Notes: generated from the letters alone by a model not told the origin. A stretch of DNA of 25,654 nucleotides from a virus (IMGVR_UViG_3300025078_000020:1-25654), one strand, 5' to 3'; positions 8,804-18,806 are shown, numbered from the stretch's first letter. A program made the numbers and translations.

Positions 8804-9787
8804 CTATAGAAAAGACACCACACGGCTATTGCGAATACCGAGACAAAGTTTAGGCGTCAAATTGAAGTAACCTCTCGCCCGAACATTTTTCGCTCGTGAA
8901 CGGTTACCCATATTCTGGACAAAAACTGGGGCCGTACCACTTGTATTAAGGAAATACGCCTCCAAAGATATCTCATGAAACCCCTTAGAAAGAGAGGTTA
9001 AATGGTGCATACTAAACGGAACGGCTGAGTGTGCCTCACCCCATACATATTTCGGGTTGCCGCCTTTAGTTGGGTACTCAGTTTTTGTGTACGTGGGATA
9101 TGCAGTCGCGCCATACCCATAAGTTCGAAGCCCTGGACCTTTATGCTCCTCATTGGGTTTCGCCCCTGGAGCTACTGGGTGAAACATATTCTCACCTAAA
9201 TAACGGCTTGAGTTATTGATAGGCTCGCCGTCAAGAACGCCGCGAATCGCCATGAAGGTCCGCTCAACATTTTCGGTTCTGAGGTCCCACTCTCGCCCGT
9301 CTTCGTCATTACTAACACCATGAGCCTTGCCATTACCGTCGACGAACCGACCCATCCAATTGTTATGACTCATAAAAACGCTCCACTCAAGAAGTGCGAC
9401 CGTCGCGTCATAAGGCTGATACCAGCGAACTGACGTGCCTGCCAAATTGACCCACTTCGTGTCAGTCTCGTCACCTCTTAGTCCACCGACAGTCGAACCA
9501 TAAACTGCTCCTGTGTCTCGGACAGCGCCCATCCGCGCCAATGCAGCCTGCTCAGGCATGATATGACGCTGAGAAAATCGAAACGAGTAGTCACCAAGAT
9601 TAACCGCGTCTAACTGACCGTTAATCGTCGACATTATGCCACGAGGCGCACCTGAAAAAGTAATGCCCGACTGCTCCGGTTGATGGAGCCGCTTAGTGTA
9701 ATTGTCGTTAATCGAGGTAAATTTACTCGATGAAAGCAACGGCTCCGCAGAACCAACCGACATCCCAGGTAAGGTAATGTATGGCAT
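8804..9787 (-). CDS. Putative tail-associated structural protein (327 aa; start corrected from 10045 to 9787)
   Basis: ATG (MPYITLPG) lies 1 nt after the TAA of the upstream gene, with AAGGTG SD. The extra 86 codons in the ORF track overlap the 806-aa gene. Shares motifs with that protein. Confidence 0.7.
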   Translation of the reverse strand: MPYITLPGMSVGSAEPLLSSSKFTSINDNYTKRLHQPEQSGITFSGAPRGIMSTINGQLDAVNLGDYSFRFSQRHIMPEQAALARMGAVRDTGAVYGSTVGGLRGDETDTKWVNLAGTSVRWYQPYDATVALLEWSVFMSHNNWMGRFVDGNGKAHGVSNDEDGREWDLRTENVERTFMAIRGVLDGEPINNSSRYLGENMFHPVAPGAKPNEEHKGPGLRTYGYGATAYPTYTKTEYPTKGGNPKYVWGEAHSAVPFSMHHLTSLSKGFHEISLEAYFLNTSGTAPVFVQNMGNRSRAKNVRARGYFNLTPKLCLGIRNSRVVSFL

Positions 9788-9788
9788 A

Positions 9789-12209
9789 TTACACCTTAAA
9801 TTTAATAGCAGAAAGTCGTACGCGGCCAATGTGCGCAGACATACCATCGATAATACCACGGCCACCAACAGTGGATGCCCACTCGTACGCAACATCCTGC
9901 GATGTGTCCTCATGACCACCAAACGTTTTAGGATGACGGGGTGGATCGCTAAGCCACTGCTTAGTCGCCTCTGCGTTATCCCACACACTCGGAAAGTTCG
10001 TGGAGCCAAATAGCGCGATCTCAGAAATCTCAACCGTGTCTTCAATCATCAAAGTCAGCGGAACATTAATACACAAATTAGACGTTAACGTATTACCGCC
10101 ACGTCTATCGCGCTTACGTGCAGGTTTTTCAGTCGAACTCGTCGCAGTCCATTCGAATCCTCCATCAGTCGAGGTCGATTTAATCCTGTAGTTTACACCA
10201 ACCTGAAACTCCGGGATGTAATGCTCCGTTCGGTTGTGCCAGTTGAAACTGTTAATTGCCGCAGGAGCAAACTTAGAATTGATAATCCAGTTGTCACTTG
10301 CATCTGATCCAGTACGATAACCAATGTTAAAAAACGCGAAGAAATCTAAGTACTTATGTGGCTGACAAAAGGATCGATATGCCATAGTTTCATAGTTACC
10401 AGTATGCGCAAGAACGTCATAATATATTTTCGCCAAATCAGGGTCGATATTAAGTAGCTCAATCTCTGCCATGACAAGCAGCTTTGTCTTACCCGACTCA
10501 ATATGCCACGTATCTGTAGTACTAACTATGCTACCTGAACCGTCAGCATCAACAATCTTATTCCACCCCGCGCCATTCCAAGCACTTGTGCCGGGTGAAC
10601 TGCCGCTACCATCATAAGGTCGATTCCAACCACCGATAGTCACTTCGTTTCGATACGGAGCAACCTCTGACGCATTTCGATCACCAGGGTAAATCGCACG
10701 AATTATACCGCCATCAGGAGAACCTAAAAACTGACCTGTGTATGAATCCCGCCTAGACGCATCACGTAGATCAAGTGACCGTGTCCCCCACGCAGCTATC
10801 TTACTCGGTAAGTGTGTGTTCGGTATTGAATAGGGTTTGATATCGCGTGGAGACAACTCATTGCATCGAGTACGAAATTTCTCCAATGAGGATAAAATAA
10901 GATTCGCATCGACCACACCCTCAGTTTGAAACTGTGGGGCCGAAACAGGAAGTTCGCCGCGTGGATGAACTGTAACAGTCTCGTCGCTATCCTTCGCCGT
11001 CAACGGCAATGACATCGCATAAATACGACGACTAAATACACCGATAAAATCACCGGGGCTAAAGTTGTGTTTCTTTCTCTGGACTCGACGGGCCACAATC
11101 TCAATTCTGTGCGTCCCAGGTAAAACAGGAACAACACAACCTAAGCGTACAGGCAACACTTCAGGGCCACAAGCAGCCGCCCGACTAGTGCGAATCTTAC
11201 GTCCAGGTCGAGAATGCCTGCCCGTCCTATAGCTCATAGACTTCGCAGAACTACGCTGACCAAAGATAAAGTCCTCATCATCTGCGCCGTGCATCCTCGG
11301 GCTATCAGCAATTTTTAGTCCGTGAGCCGATTCCTCGAAAGAATACTTTTTGCCTACAATACTTTCGTCAATGACTTTCCCATCAACACGAATCGCAAAC
11401 TGGACTAACGCCGGGTAAAACCCCTTGGATATATGATGATAGCCACCTATATTTGGGTGCCTTCGCTCATTTGTCGCACTAATCTCATTCAATGGATACG
11501 AGTAAGGTTCGTCTACCTCGCCGTAACCATCAACGGCTGCCGAGGATCTGTAAACTGTGCGGCCATCTTCCGGCCCCAGCTTATTGAGCATTCTATGCTC
11601 TTTCCAAGCAACGTCGAGGTCGTAGTGTGGGCCCCAACCACCATCGGTATGAACGTCACTACTCGTACCGAAGAATTGCCAGGGATTTCTATTCTCGAAA
11701 AAGCCCTGCCAACAATACTGAAGATAGCAATTGATCCATATATTTGCCCTACCTGTCGTAACAGAGACATTCAGTCCATCACTTAGGTCGACATTTTTAA
11801 CCACCGACCATTCACCTGTGTTTGGAATAATCGAAGGAACACCCTCAGTAATTTCGCCCGCAAGTGACGAGTCATAAATGTCTTGGTCCCGAAAGGTAAT
11901 TCCATCAGTTTTAACAAAATTCGGTGCGGTTCTTTCACGTAAAATCTCTGGATGCCGATTCATTCGGACCCAAGACTCCACCGAAGCAGTCTCAAATTGA
12001 TAGTACGCCTCATCATCTACTGCAGGGTCATCTACCTCACCGTCATATTGACTCGCGTTTACATCTGACTTTAACTTTGTAGCGTTAAAATTCTGACCAT
12101 CCAGCCGACCAGATAGAACCTCTTGTACCGGTTGGTAGTCTTGAGCCATTTCAAGCGGGTCAAGAATATCTCGCGTACGCAAAAACCGCTTAGGAAAGAT
12201 AAATGGCAT
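9789..12209 (-). CDS. Putative tail structural protein, fibre/spike-like (806 aa)
   Basis: TAATG coupling to the upstream gene; Gly/Ser/Thr/aromatic-rich, beta-type composition; follows the nozzle-like gene. Confidence 0.6.
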   Translation of the reverse strand: MPFIFPKRFLRTRDILDPLEMAQDYQPVQEVLSGRLDGQNFNATKLKSDVNASQYDGEVDDPAVDDEAYYQFETASVESWVRMNRHPEILRERTAPNFVKTDGITFRDQDIYDSSLAGEITEGVPSIIPNTGEWSVVKNVDLSDGLNVSVTTGRANIWINCYLQYCWQGFFENRNPWQFFGTSSDVHTDGGWGPHYDLDVAWKEHRMLNKLGPEDGRTVYRSSAAVDGYGEVDEPYSYPLNEISATNERRHPNIGGYHHISKGFYPALVQFAIRVDGKVIDESIVGKKYSFEESAHGLKIADSPRMHGADDEDFIFGQRSSAKSMSYRTGRHSRPGRKIRTSRAAACGPEVLPVRLGCVVPVLPGTHRIEIVARRVQRKKHNFSPGDFIGVFSRRIYAMSLPLTAKDSDETVTVHPRGELPVSAPQFQTEGVVDANLILSSLEKFRTRCNELSPRDIKPYSIPNTHLPSKIAAWGTRSLDLRDASRRDSYTGQFLGSPDGGIIRAIYPGDRNASEVAPYRNEVTIGGWNRPYDGSGSSPGTSAWNGAGWNKIVDADGSGSIVSTTDTWHIESGKTKLLVMAEIELLNIDPDLAKIYYDVLAHTGNYETMAYRSFCQPHKYLDFFAFFNIGYRTGSDASDNWIINSKFAPAAINSFNWHNRTEHYIPEFQVGVNYRIKSTSTDGGFEWTATSSTEKPARKRDRRGGNTLTSNLCINVPLTLMIEDTVEISEIALFGSTNFPSVWDNAEATKQWLSDPPRHPKTFGGHEDTSQDVAYEWASTVGGRGIIDGMSAHIGRVRLSAIKFKV

Positions 12210-14680
12210 TACTGATCTTTCCTATCGGGTACTCGGCCCAGAGGTGAGCCTTGTGTTGCGATACTCGTATCAAACGCAAACGCGGCAATTCGTAGTCGAC
12301 CTAACTCATAATTATCCCGCGAGGAAAGAACACGATCTTTTGCCTCAGACGCTTCTACCGGATCATTGAAAAGACGCTTAAATTCTTTCAAGCTACGAAG
12401 GGCTAAGTTTGACCCTGTCGCAATGTCAGTATTATACGGATCGATTGAATCAAAGTTATCTATCCCACTCGCGCTACCAAAATTCGGGTCGAACTTAGTC
12501 TCTGTTGGGCCAGGAAACCCGATAAGCTCAATCTCAAAAGCCCAAGAACTAACGTTATGTAAGTCTACTGGTACCTGACGCCAAAAAAGTCTCGGAGCAT
12601 GCAGCTTAGATTCACCAAACTTAGCCGACCCAGCCACATCCTTGACCATATCAGACCCGTCATCAACACCAACAAGACGGAGATCCTGCATCTCTTGCAC
12701 AGGTTTCCACGAATTGTTTTTGAACACACGAACAGTTGCATAACCATCCCACGCATCCTTCAAACCAACATAAAGACTACGAACATTGAGAGGAACCAAT
12801 CCCCCCTCCGCCGAAACCATCCAACCCGAACGGTACCGAATACGCCTTGCAGGAGCGAAGTAATCGGTCGTTTGCCGGTTTAAAAGAAACACACGACTAA
12901 GGCTAAAGCTATCCAAGTCACTCGGGGGTGCGCCAGAAAGCCCGTATTGAACCTCGATCCGTTGCTCTCTCGGATCAGCACCAATTGCATACGTATGACG
13001 ACGCCAATCATTAGATGATGTCATATCCGCAATGTGAATACCTAATGTTTGCCGCCGCCAATATTTACCGTCAAAGCAAAACATCAACTCGTTATTCTCA
13101 GTTCCTGCGGGAGCTAAAGCACACCGATACTCACCCGAATCACTGTCGATTGAGGCAACCGCCATATTCGCACGAGACAAATTCACATCAAGCTTAAAGG
13201 CCGAATCAATCGGAGCGCTCATTCGTACAATGTCGCCCAGTTGCTTCATGCCGTAAAAGCCGTCACGACCCAACCAAAATAGTGTGCCGTCCGCCCGCGC
13301 AGCAATGGAGCGGGGCGCAATGCAACCAACACCGAGAGACAACGGTTGTGGTGATGAGAAGTCTTCAGCAATTGCATACGTGGCGCTTTTTGTGAAGGCT
13401 AAGAGAACACCGTTGTGAGAGACGAGTCCTGTGATTTCTGCGCCACCGGCATCGGGATAGATGAAGTCTTGCTTCGGGAATGTGCCAGGAAACCCAGGAT
13501 CCGAGCGACGAACAATCCCAGGGTCTGCAGGAGTGTTGCCAATGATTAAGCGGCCCTGGTGACTACAAGCAGTCCGAAAAATGGGGACGGGCTCAATCTC
13601 AGACCAAGTAGTGCCTAAGTCAGAGTCTGAGTTGTTGTCGTCGTAAATGAATGACTTTGAGCCAGGGATGCGGGACAAGAAGCGGGGAGTATTGTCGACA
13701 TGAAGTGTGTCGGGTGTACGGAAAATTCGAACCGCCGCTGTGTGCTCGGGGGCGTCAACGTTTACCGACACCAGAAAGCGTCGTGTGAGATCGTCAATTT
13801 CAGTCCCGTCTTTTACCTGGACTCTTTTACCCTCACTTGCTTTGTCGACTGACCCATAGGTATGCTTGTCACCGTCAATCGATTCGAATGGTTGGGCCTG
13901 ACTTGCTTTAATCGATGCCGGTTCACTCACGGTCGAGAACGCCGAAAGATTGCCGAACAAGTCTTCAAATTGAATGTGGTAGTACCACTGACCAGAAAGG
14001 AGTGACCCTAAACGGCCCGCATACAAGTCACCTGGAGTACCGATTCTACCGGGCCAAGAGTAGCCAAGAGCATTTGGGTAATATTGGGGTACGTCGTCAA
14101 AGTCGGGTTGAGTGGGGCCAGAGATTAGTGGCGTCGAAGGCGACTTATCAAACCCAAGGTTGAACACTGACCCATCATAATTAATGATCCGCGCCCGATC
14201 CTCGCCGTTAGTCCAAACGATTTTGTCGTTGATTACAACATACTGGTCAGGAAACTTGGGGTTTGCCTCAGATGTTAACCCAGTCGCCAATGTCTCGAAT
14301 GGGCGATCTACCCCGCCAGTGAACCGATAAAGCCAACTACCTGCGCGGTAGAGCAACATATTGGCGGAACCATTGAGAAGTGACGCCGCGAAAATACTGT
14401 GTGGCCGACGAGCCACCCAACCAAACTGGGTGTACTCTTTCGGGATCGCCACCTTCGTGCTCTCTGAGGTCTCACCATCGTATTCAAATTTTGAATTAAG
14501 TAACGATGCTGACTCACCAATGCGTAGAATTGAGGGTCCTACAACGCTCTTTAAGACATCCTCCGCCTCAGTCTCGAGATTCTCAATATACCAAGCAAGG
14601 GTCACAGGAGAATAAAGCCTGCGACCCTCACCCGGAGGAATGATAATCGTATTTACTGTCTGCCGAGCCGGTCCTGACAC
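12209..14680 (-). CDS. Tail nozzle / DNA-stabilization protein, functionally like T7 gp12 or P22 gp10 (823 aa)
   Basis: Size and position; beta-propeller-like segments (HQGRLIIG, ITGLVSHNGVLLAFT, LGVGCIAPRSIA, LFWLGRDGFY) of the kind seen in podovirus nozzle proteins; inserted YYHIQFED..GNLS...RIFRT beta-domain. Confidence 0.7.
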   Translation of the reverse strand: MSGPARQTVNTIIIPPGEGRRLYSPVTLAWYIENLETEAEDVLKSVVGPSILRIGESASLLNSKFEYDGETSESTKVAIPKEYTQFGWVARRPHSIFAASLLNGSANMLLYRAGSWLYRFTGGVDRPFETLATGLTSEANPKFPDQYVVINDKIVWTNGEDRARIINYDGSVFNLGFDKSPSTPLISGPTQPDFDDVPQYYPNALGYSWPGRIGTPGDLYAGRLGSLLSGQWYYHIQFEDLFGNLSAFSTVSEPASIKASQAQPFESIDGDKHTYGSVDKASEGKRVQVKDGTEIDDLTRRFLVSVNVDAPEHTAAVRIFRTPDTLHVDNTPRFLSRIPGSKSFIYDDNNSDSDLGTTWSEIEPVPIFRTACSHQGRLIIGNTPADPGIVRRSDPGFPGTFPKQDFIYPDAGGAEITGLVSHNGVLLAFTKSATYAIAEDFSSPQPLSLGVGCIAPRSIAARADGTLFWLGRDGFYGMKQLGDIVRMSAPIDSAFKLDVNLSRANMAVASIDSDSGEYRCALAPAGTENNELMFCFDGKYWRRQTLGIHIADMTSSNDWRRHTYAIGADPREQRIEVQYGLSGAPPSDLDSFSLSRVFLLNRQTTDYFAPARRIRYRSGWMVSAEGGLVPLNVRSLYVGLKDAWDGYATVRVFKNNSWKPVQEMQDLRLVGVDDGSDMVKDVAGSAKFGESKLHAPRLFWRQVPVDLHNVSSWAFEIELIGFPGPTETKFDPNFGSASGIDNFDSIDPYNTDIATGSNLALRSLKEFKRLFNDPVEASEAKDRVLSSRDNYELGRLRIAAFAFDTSIATQGSPLGRVPDRKDQ

Positions 14681-14694
14681 GCTACACCCTCAAG

Positions 14695-15201
14695 CTACAT
14701 TGTGATTTCGTAACTCTTTTGCTTCCATGACTTCGAAAGCTTTTCTTTCACTGCCGGATTGCCCTTCAGTGCGGGCATCGATTTTAGTACACGAGACTGC
14801 CACGACATGAATCGCTCACCATCCCACGGGGTCGGCACGACAAACACGTTACTGGCGGCTTCAGCGGCTGCTTTAACAGGATCTTCAATCTTCGCGTTCT
14901 TCGAGTCATCGCGAAGCAAAGACTTCGGCGGAATCCAACCAGTCTGACCCTTGTCGTAGGTCCAACCAACAGGCATCCAATCATGAGTGGTACGATGCTC
15001 CACATAACCTGTGACGTACTCGACCCCGTTCTTGGTCATCAATGTACCTGACCAATCCTCAGAATCAACCGACGCACTTAGAATGCTCACAACCATCGCT
15101 TCCTCATACTGACCGATTAAGTTCGTGCGATACACACGATCACCTACGTTCAAGCGCGGGATTGCTGTGAGTGTGGAGTAAAATTTCTTGACTTCAGACA
15201 T
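14695..15201 (-). CDS. Hypothetical two-domain protein (168 aa)
   Basis: AGAGGT SD; SH3/KOW-like N-terminal signature (LNVGDRVY); small helical C-terminal module. Confidence 0.7.
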   Translation of the reverse strand: MSEVKKFYSTLTAIPRLNVGDRVYRTNLIGQYEEAMVVSILSASVDSEDWSGTLMTKNGVEYVTGYVEHRTTHDWMPVGWTYDKGQTGWIPPKSLLRDDSKNAKIEDPVKAAAEAASNVFVVPTPWDGERFMSWQSRVLKSMPALKGNPAVKEKLSKSWKQKSYEITM

Positions 15202-15247
15202 AGACTACCTCTGTTGTTGTTCCTCCCGGAATGGGAGCCAAACCAAA

Positions 15248-17143
15248 TTAATCGGTCGTATTACCGAATGTACCATAACGGTTATTAGAACGATAACCAG
15301 TAAACGGTACGGGCTCGACAATACCACCAGGATTTGTGTACCGTTCGCGAAAGACGCGGACTAAATCTTGATAGCGGCCCAAATGAGCCGCCGCACTCGT
15401 CTGGTCATTACCGTCATCTAAACTAATATAATGAAGCGCCAACTCAAGTAGCGCGGGGACGGCATCACGTTGAATCGGTGCCGTATCTTGCGGGTCAACG
15501 TACTTAGGTGGTAGGCGCAGCACACGAAAATCCAACTCATATCGAGCGTCTTGATGAGGGAATACTTTCCACGCATAGTAGCCAGTGCTGTGCTTCAACG
15601 GACGGTGATAGTCATAAAGCTGGGCGCCATTCCACACAACACGAGCCGACTTAATCAAACCAGAGTCGGTCAAAATGCCGGGGGGTATCGTCTTACCGGC
15701 GTCCGAAAGAGCTTGGACATGATCGTAGGTAGGCTCAACCTCACAAAGAAGATAAAACTTTTCACCCGTCTCAACACCGTTAAACTCACCAACACCACGA
15801 CTTTTCTTCGCTCGATGAGCCACATAGTATCGGATACGTAAACCAGATCGACCGAAACGCGCATACGTTGAGTCACCAAAACCCAACATAGCGTCAATGT
15901 TCGTCGCAGATAGAAGTAAGGCACCATCTGAACCATCAAGTGCCTTCTGGTTGATCACCGTCGACGGAGACGGCGCACTCTCCCATACCGGATCGTGAAC
16001 ACCTGTAGACACTGCAACATCTGATGGTTGAGTCGTCGCATCGTAGGCCCAGGTTAGATTAAAACTACCGTCATGATTTTGATCGCCGACCGGGGCGATT
16101 GAAGGTGACTGCTGCCATTCATCATCCCGGCGACCCCACACATAAGTGTATCGGATGGCCCAAGTACCCTCTCTCAGCGACTTTGAACTCGACCACTTAA
16201 AGTCGGCCTCATCCGGGGGCAAATCGGGAAGCGTGACACCAGATACAACCGTCGTTGTAAGCCCCATAGGTACGACGTTACCCTGATTGTCATACACATT
16301 CGGTTCGTTCGGGTCGTTCGGGTCGTTCCCCGGTTGAGGTGTTCCCCCAGAGGCTGAGGGCGGCTCAAGAGTAACCTCGTCCACACTCTCATCAGGAACA
16401 ATCTTCGGTCTCTTTAGATTAACCTGAACAATCTCAGGAGCTTCTGTTGGTGCCGGTAGCTGAAAGTGACGGCCCCGCCAGCACCGATAAGGTCGGCCCT
16501 TTGACTCGCCCTGGAAGTCCACCATGTCTTGACGGCTGGCACCTGCCGTGTCCATCTTCCACACCTGCTGGCGGCTACTATCATAGATTCTCGCTGGCTC
16601 GAGAACCTCCATGACATCGTCCATCAAGAAAAACTCAGGCTGATAGATACGAAACGTAGGTATGTCAGAGTCAGTGGGGATTAAGTCTGCCAATGGTCTG
16701 TCAAGCGTTACAAAGTAGTAAATTACACTGTCAATTGTCTTCTTAAACCACTCACGACTCTGTCGGCGACGAACACGACCATCCCCGTACGTGAACTCAA
16801 GGTGCATTACACCGTCCCACTCACCCGTAACCGTGGGCCGCCAAGTAGTCTTACTACTAGCAGCAATAGAAGTCGTTCCAGTTGAATCAGAAAAGTAGAG
16901 AAGTCGCTTGTCGTTGCCGTAACTAATTGCGGAGGCGTCTACCGCCGCGTCAGTACTCAGCACATCGGGAAACAATGCCACATGCTGCTCGTCAGGAATA
17001 AGCGCCTCAGGCACATCTCCTGCCAGTCGATCCAGGGCAAGGTTCAACCCAGCGCGGATTCGGCGATCAAGGGTCGGGCCAGTCGAATCCCACGACCGCA
17101 AAGCAAACAAGCGCGACATCAAAGAACCCAAAGAAACGTCCAC
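15248..17143 (-). CDS. Head-tail adaptor-like protein with large insertions (631 aa)
   Basis: GTG with GGAGG SD; N-terminal adaptor-like helices (IRAGLNLALDRLA) and C-terminal DTAPIQRDAVPALLELALHY...RYQDLV; follows the capsid genes. Confidence 0.6.
   Translation of the reverse strand: MDVSLGSLMSRLFALRSWDSTGPTLDRRIRAGLNLALDRLAGDVPEALIPDEQHVALFPDVLSTDAAVDASAISYGNDKRLLYFSDSTGTTSIAASSKTTWRPTVTGEWDGVMHLEFTYGDGRVRRRQSREWFKKTIDSVIYYFVTLDRPLADLIPTDSDIPTFRIYQPEFFLMDDVMEVLEPARIYDSSRQQVWKMDTAGASRQDMVDFQGESKGRPYRCWRGRHFQLPAPTEAPEIVQVNLKRPKIVPDESVDEVTLEPPSASGGTPQPGNDPNDPNEPNVYDNQGNVVPMGLTTTVVSGVTLPDLPPDEADFKWSSSKSLREGTWAIRYTYVWGRRDDEWQQSPSIAPVGDQNHDGSFNLTWAYDATTQPSDVAVSTGVHDPVWESAPSPSTVINQKALDGSDGALLLSATNIDAMLGFGDSTYARFGRSGLRIRYYVAHRAKKSRGVGEFNGVETGEKFYLLCEVEPTYDHVQALSDAGKTIPPGILTDSGLIKSARVVWNGAQLYDYHRPLKHSTGYYAWKVFPHQDARYELDFRVLRLPPKYVDPQDTAPIQRDAVPALLELALHYISLDDGNDQTSAAAHLGRYQDLVRVFRERYTNPGGIVEPVPFTGYRSNNRYGTFGNTTD
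16298..16327. repeat. 9-bp tandem repeat encoding NDPNDPNEPN
   Basis: gttcgggtc-type unit about three times inside the adaptor-like gene. Confidence 0.8.
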
Positions 17144-17152
17144 AGGACCTCC

Positions 17153-17191
17153 AAAAGACGAAGGGGGCGGGACCCGAAAGCCACGCCCCCT
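17153..17191 (-). terminator. GC-rich hairpin, probable leaky intrinsic terminator after the capsid/decoration genes
   Basis: Minus strand reads AGGGGGCG-T-GGCT-TTCG-GGTC-C-CGCCCCCT then TCGTCTTTT: 8-bp perfect outer stem, UUCG loop, interrupted U-tract. Confidence 0.7.
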
Positions 17192-17213
17192 AAGTGTATC
17201 ACGTAGTGACTAA

Positions 17214-17729
17214 CTACCACACAGGCATCGAGATAACGGCTGTGATCTTATCGCCGGTAGAGCCGCTGTTGGCTTCAAGAGCCATACCAAAGACACACCC
17301 CAGGTTGTCGACAGTTGCGTCAGCATCGCGGGTGAGGGTCGTCGCATTCGCAGAGGCAGCAGACACCAAACGGTCGCCTTGAGCCACGGTAGAGACGGCA
17401 CCCACCTCACATACACCCTTCGCAACGATCCAACCATACTTACCGGCAGCAATTGCGTGGCCAGCCACCCCAAGAACACGGTGCACATGAAGTGTCGTGG
17501 TGGAGAGGATTGCATGGTAAGGAGCGTAATCACTGTCGAGGAACAACACGTCGCCCTCGGCAAGCGCAGTTGACTCTTCGTCGTTATAAACGAAGATCCA
17601 TTCCCGGTCACCGTAGTGAGTCGAGTTGGCTGCAGTTACCTCGTCAGCAGGTTGCACATACCGCGTACCCAAAGGATATGCCTCAAAGTCGTAAGCGGTT
17701 GAAATAGCGTCTGTTTTAACAGTTCCCAT
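17214..17729 (-). CDS. Capsid decoration/cement protein (171 aa)
   Basis: Immediately downstream of the major capsid gene; pattern YPLGTRY...EWIFVYN...GVA..AIAAGKYGWIV.KG is typical of small beta-rich proteins at this position. Confidence 0.7.
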   Translation of the reverse strand: MGTVKTDAISTAYDFEAYPLGTRYVQPADEVTAANSTHYGDREWIFVYNDEESTALAEGDVLFLDSDYAPYHAILSTTTLHVHRVLGVAGHAIAAGKYGWIVAKGVCEVGAVSTVAQGDRLVSAASANATTLTRDADATVDNLGCVFGMALEANSGSTGDKITAVISMPVW

Positions 17730-17741
17730 GATGTACCCCCC

Positions 17742-18806
17742 TTATACCGCGCCGCCGGAAACACAACCCTGAGCCGGAAGCTTAGTGCAGATCATGTTGC
17801 CTTGCATTGCAAAGATTGCGGTCACCACGTCTTGATCGCCAACCCGTTCCTTGAATTCCGAGATGTTCGGGGCTTCAAGCATTGGGAACTCGATGTAGTC
17901 CGTGTTGAGCATGTAAGTAACTCCACCAGCAGGGTCAGTCGCTCCTGTGAAGGCCGACGTGTCTGTGCGGTCCAAGTCGATAGACGAGGTAACAGAAGCA
18001 AGTCCAAGGGAAAGACCCAAGGTGTTGCTCTTGTCAATCTTGTCATCAACGAGAGTTACGCGAACATTTGAGGCACGATCGTCCTCAAACTTGGTGTAGG
18101 TGTCGTCATCCATGATGATCAGATCAGGACCCTTACCTACGCCACCAGCATAATGCGAGCATTGACGATATGTCTTGCGCATTACCTGCATTCCGTCTGT
18201 CGCCCAAGTACCAATGTCGTTGTACTGGTTGAAGTGGAAGTAGCTGCTGCTCTTGTCCACACCCTGGACTTCCTGGGACTGAGAACCTGGTGCCACAAAG
18301 TCAAGAAGACCATGAGTCACACCGGCTCCAATACCGGATTCCTTTTGACCGTTGAGTGTCAACAAACCAAGAAGCTCAGACGTTTGAAAAGCAAGACCCC
18401 GACTCACACCAGTGAGAAGAAACTTGTTCAAGTCTGCCTTAGCTGCTTCCATTGCAGTTTGAGGATATTCCTCAATAAGTCGAATAACCGCCAACTTACC
18501 ACTGTTCTGGTTTAGCTCCCGCTTGGGAATGTTGATGGCCATAACCATACGATGAGGCTCAACAGAAAACTTCTTGATCTGTTGGCGCCGGGTCATGTTC
18601 AGTAGCTCGTCGCCGACGTAGACACCAACACCACGGGCAGGGGCACCACCGGAGAAGGAACGCTCAATCTTTGTTCCTCCCTCCATGGGCATCCGAGCCT
18701 TAGCGTTAAGTGCTTCGAACAACTCATTGCTACGAACAAACGAATTTACCAGAGGTCCACGGAGATCCGCGAACGTAGAGTTCAGTAGTTCAGTACTGAT
18801 AGTCAT
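17742..18806 (-). CDS. Major capsid protein, presumed HK97 fold (354 aa)
   Basis: Size; N-terminal STFADLRGPLVNSFVRSNELFEAL...EGGTKIERSF; PDLIIMDDDTY; YMLNTDYI and GNMICT..AQG near the C-terminus; followed by decoration gene and terminator. Confidence 0.8.
   Translation of the reverse strand: MTISTELLNSTFADLRGPLVNSFVRSNELFEALNAKARMPMEGGTKIERSFSGGAPARGVGVYVGDELLNMTRRQQIKKFSVEPHRMVMAINIPKRELNQNSGKLAVIRLIEEYPQTAMEAAKADLNKFLLTGVSRGLAFQTSELLGLLTLNGQKESGIGAGVTHGLLDFVAPGSQSQEVQGVDKSSSYFHFNQYNDIGTWATDGMQVMRKTYRQCSHYAGGVGKGPDLIIMDDDTYTKFEDDRASNVRVTLVDDKIDKSNTLGLSLGLASVTSSIDLDRTDTSAFTGATDPAGGVTYMLNTDYIEFPMLEAPNISEFKERVGDQDVVTAIFAMQGNMICTKLPAQGCVSGGAV

Noticed and set aside
9788-10045. N-terminal 86 aa of the 413-aa ORF in the track
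   Set aside because: Overlaps the 806-aa gene in another frame; an SD-supported coupled ATG exists at 9787.
15223-15237. Small CTCCC/GGGAG hairpin between the adaptor and 168-aa genes
   Set aside because: Only a 5-bp stem with no U-tract on the coding strand; too weak to call.
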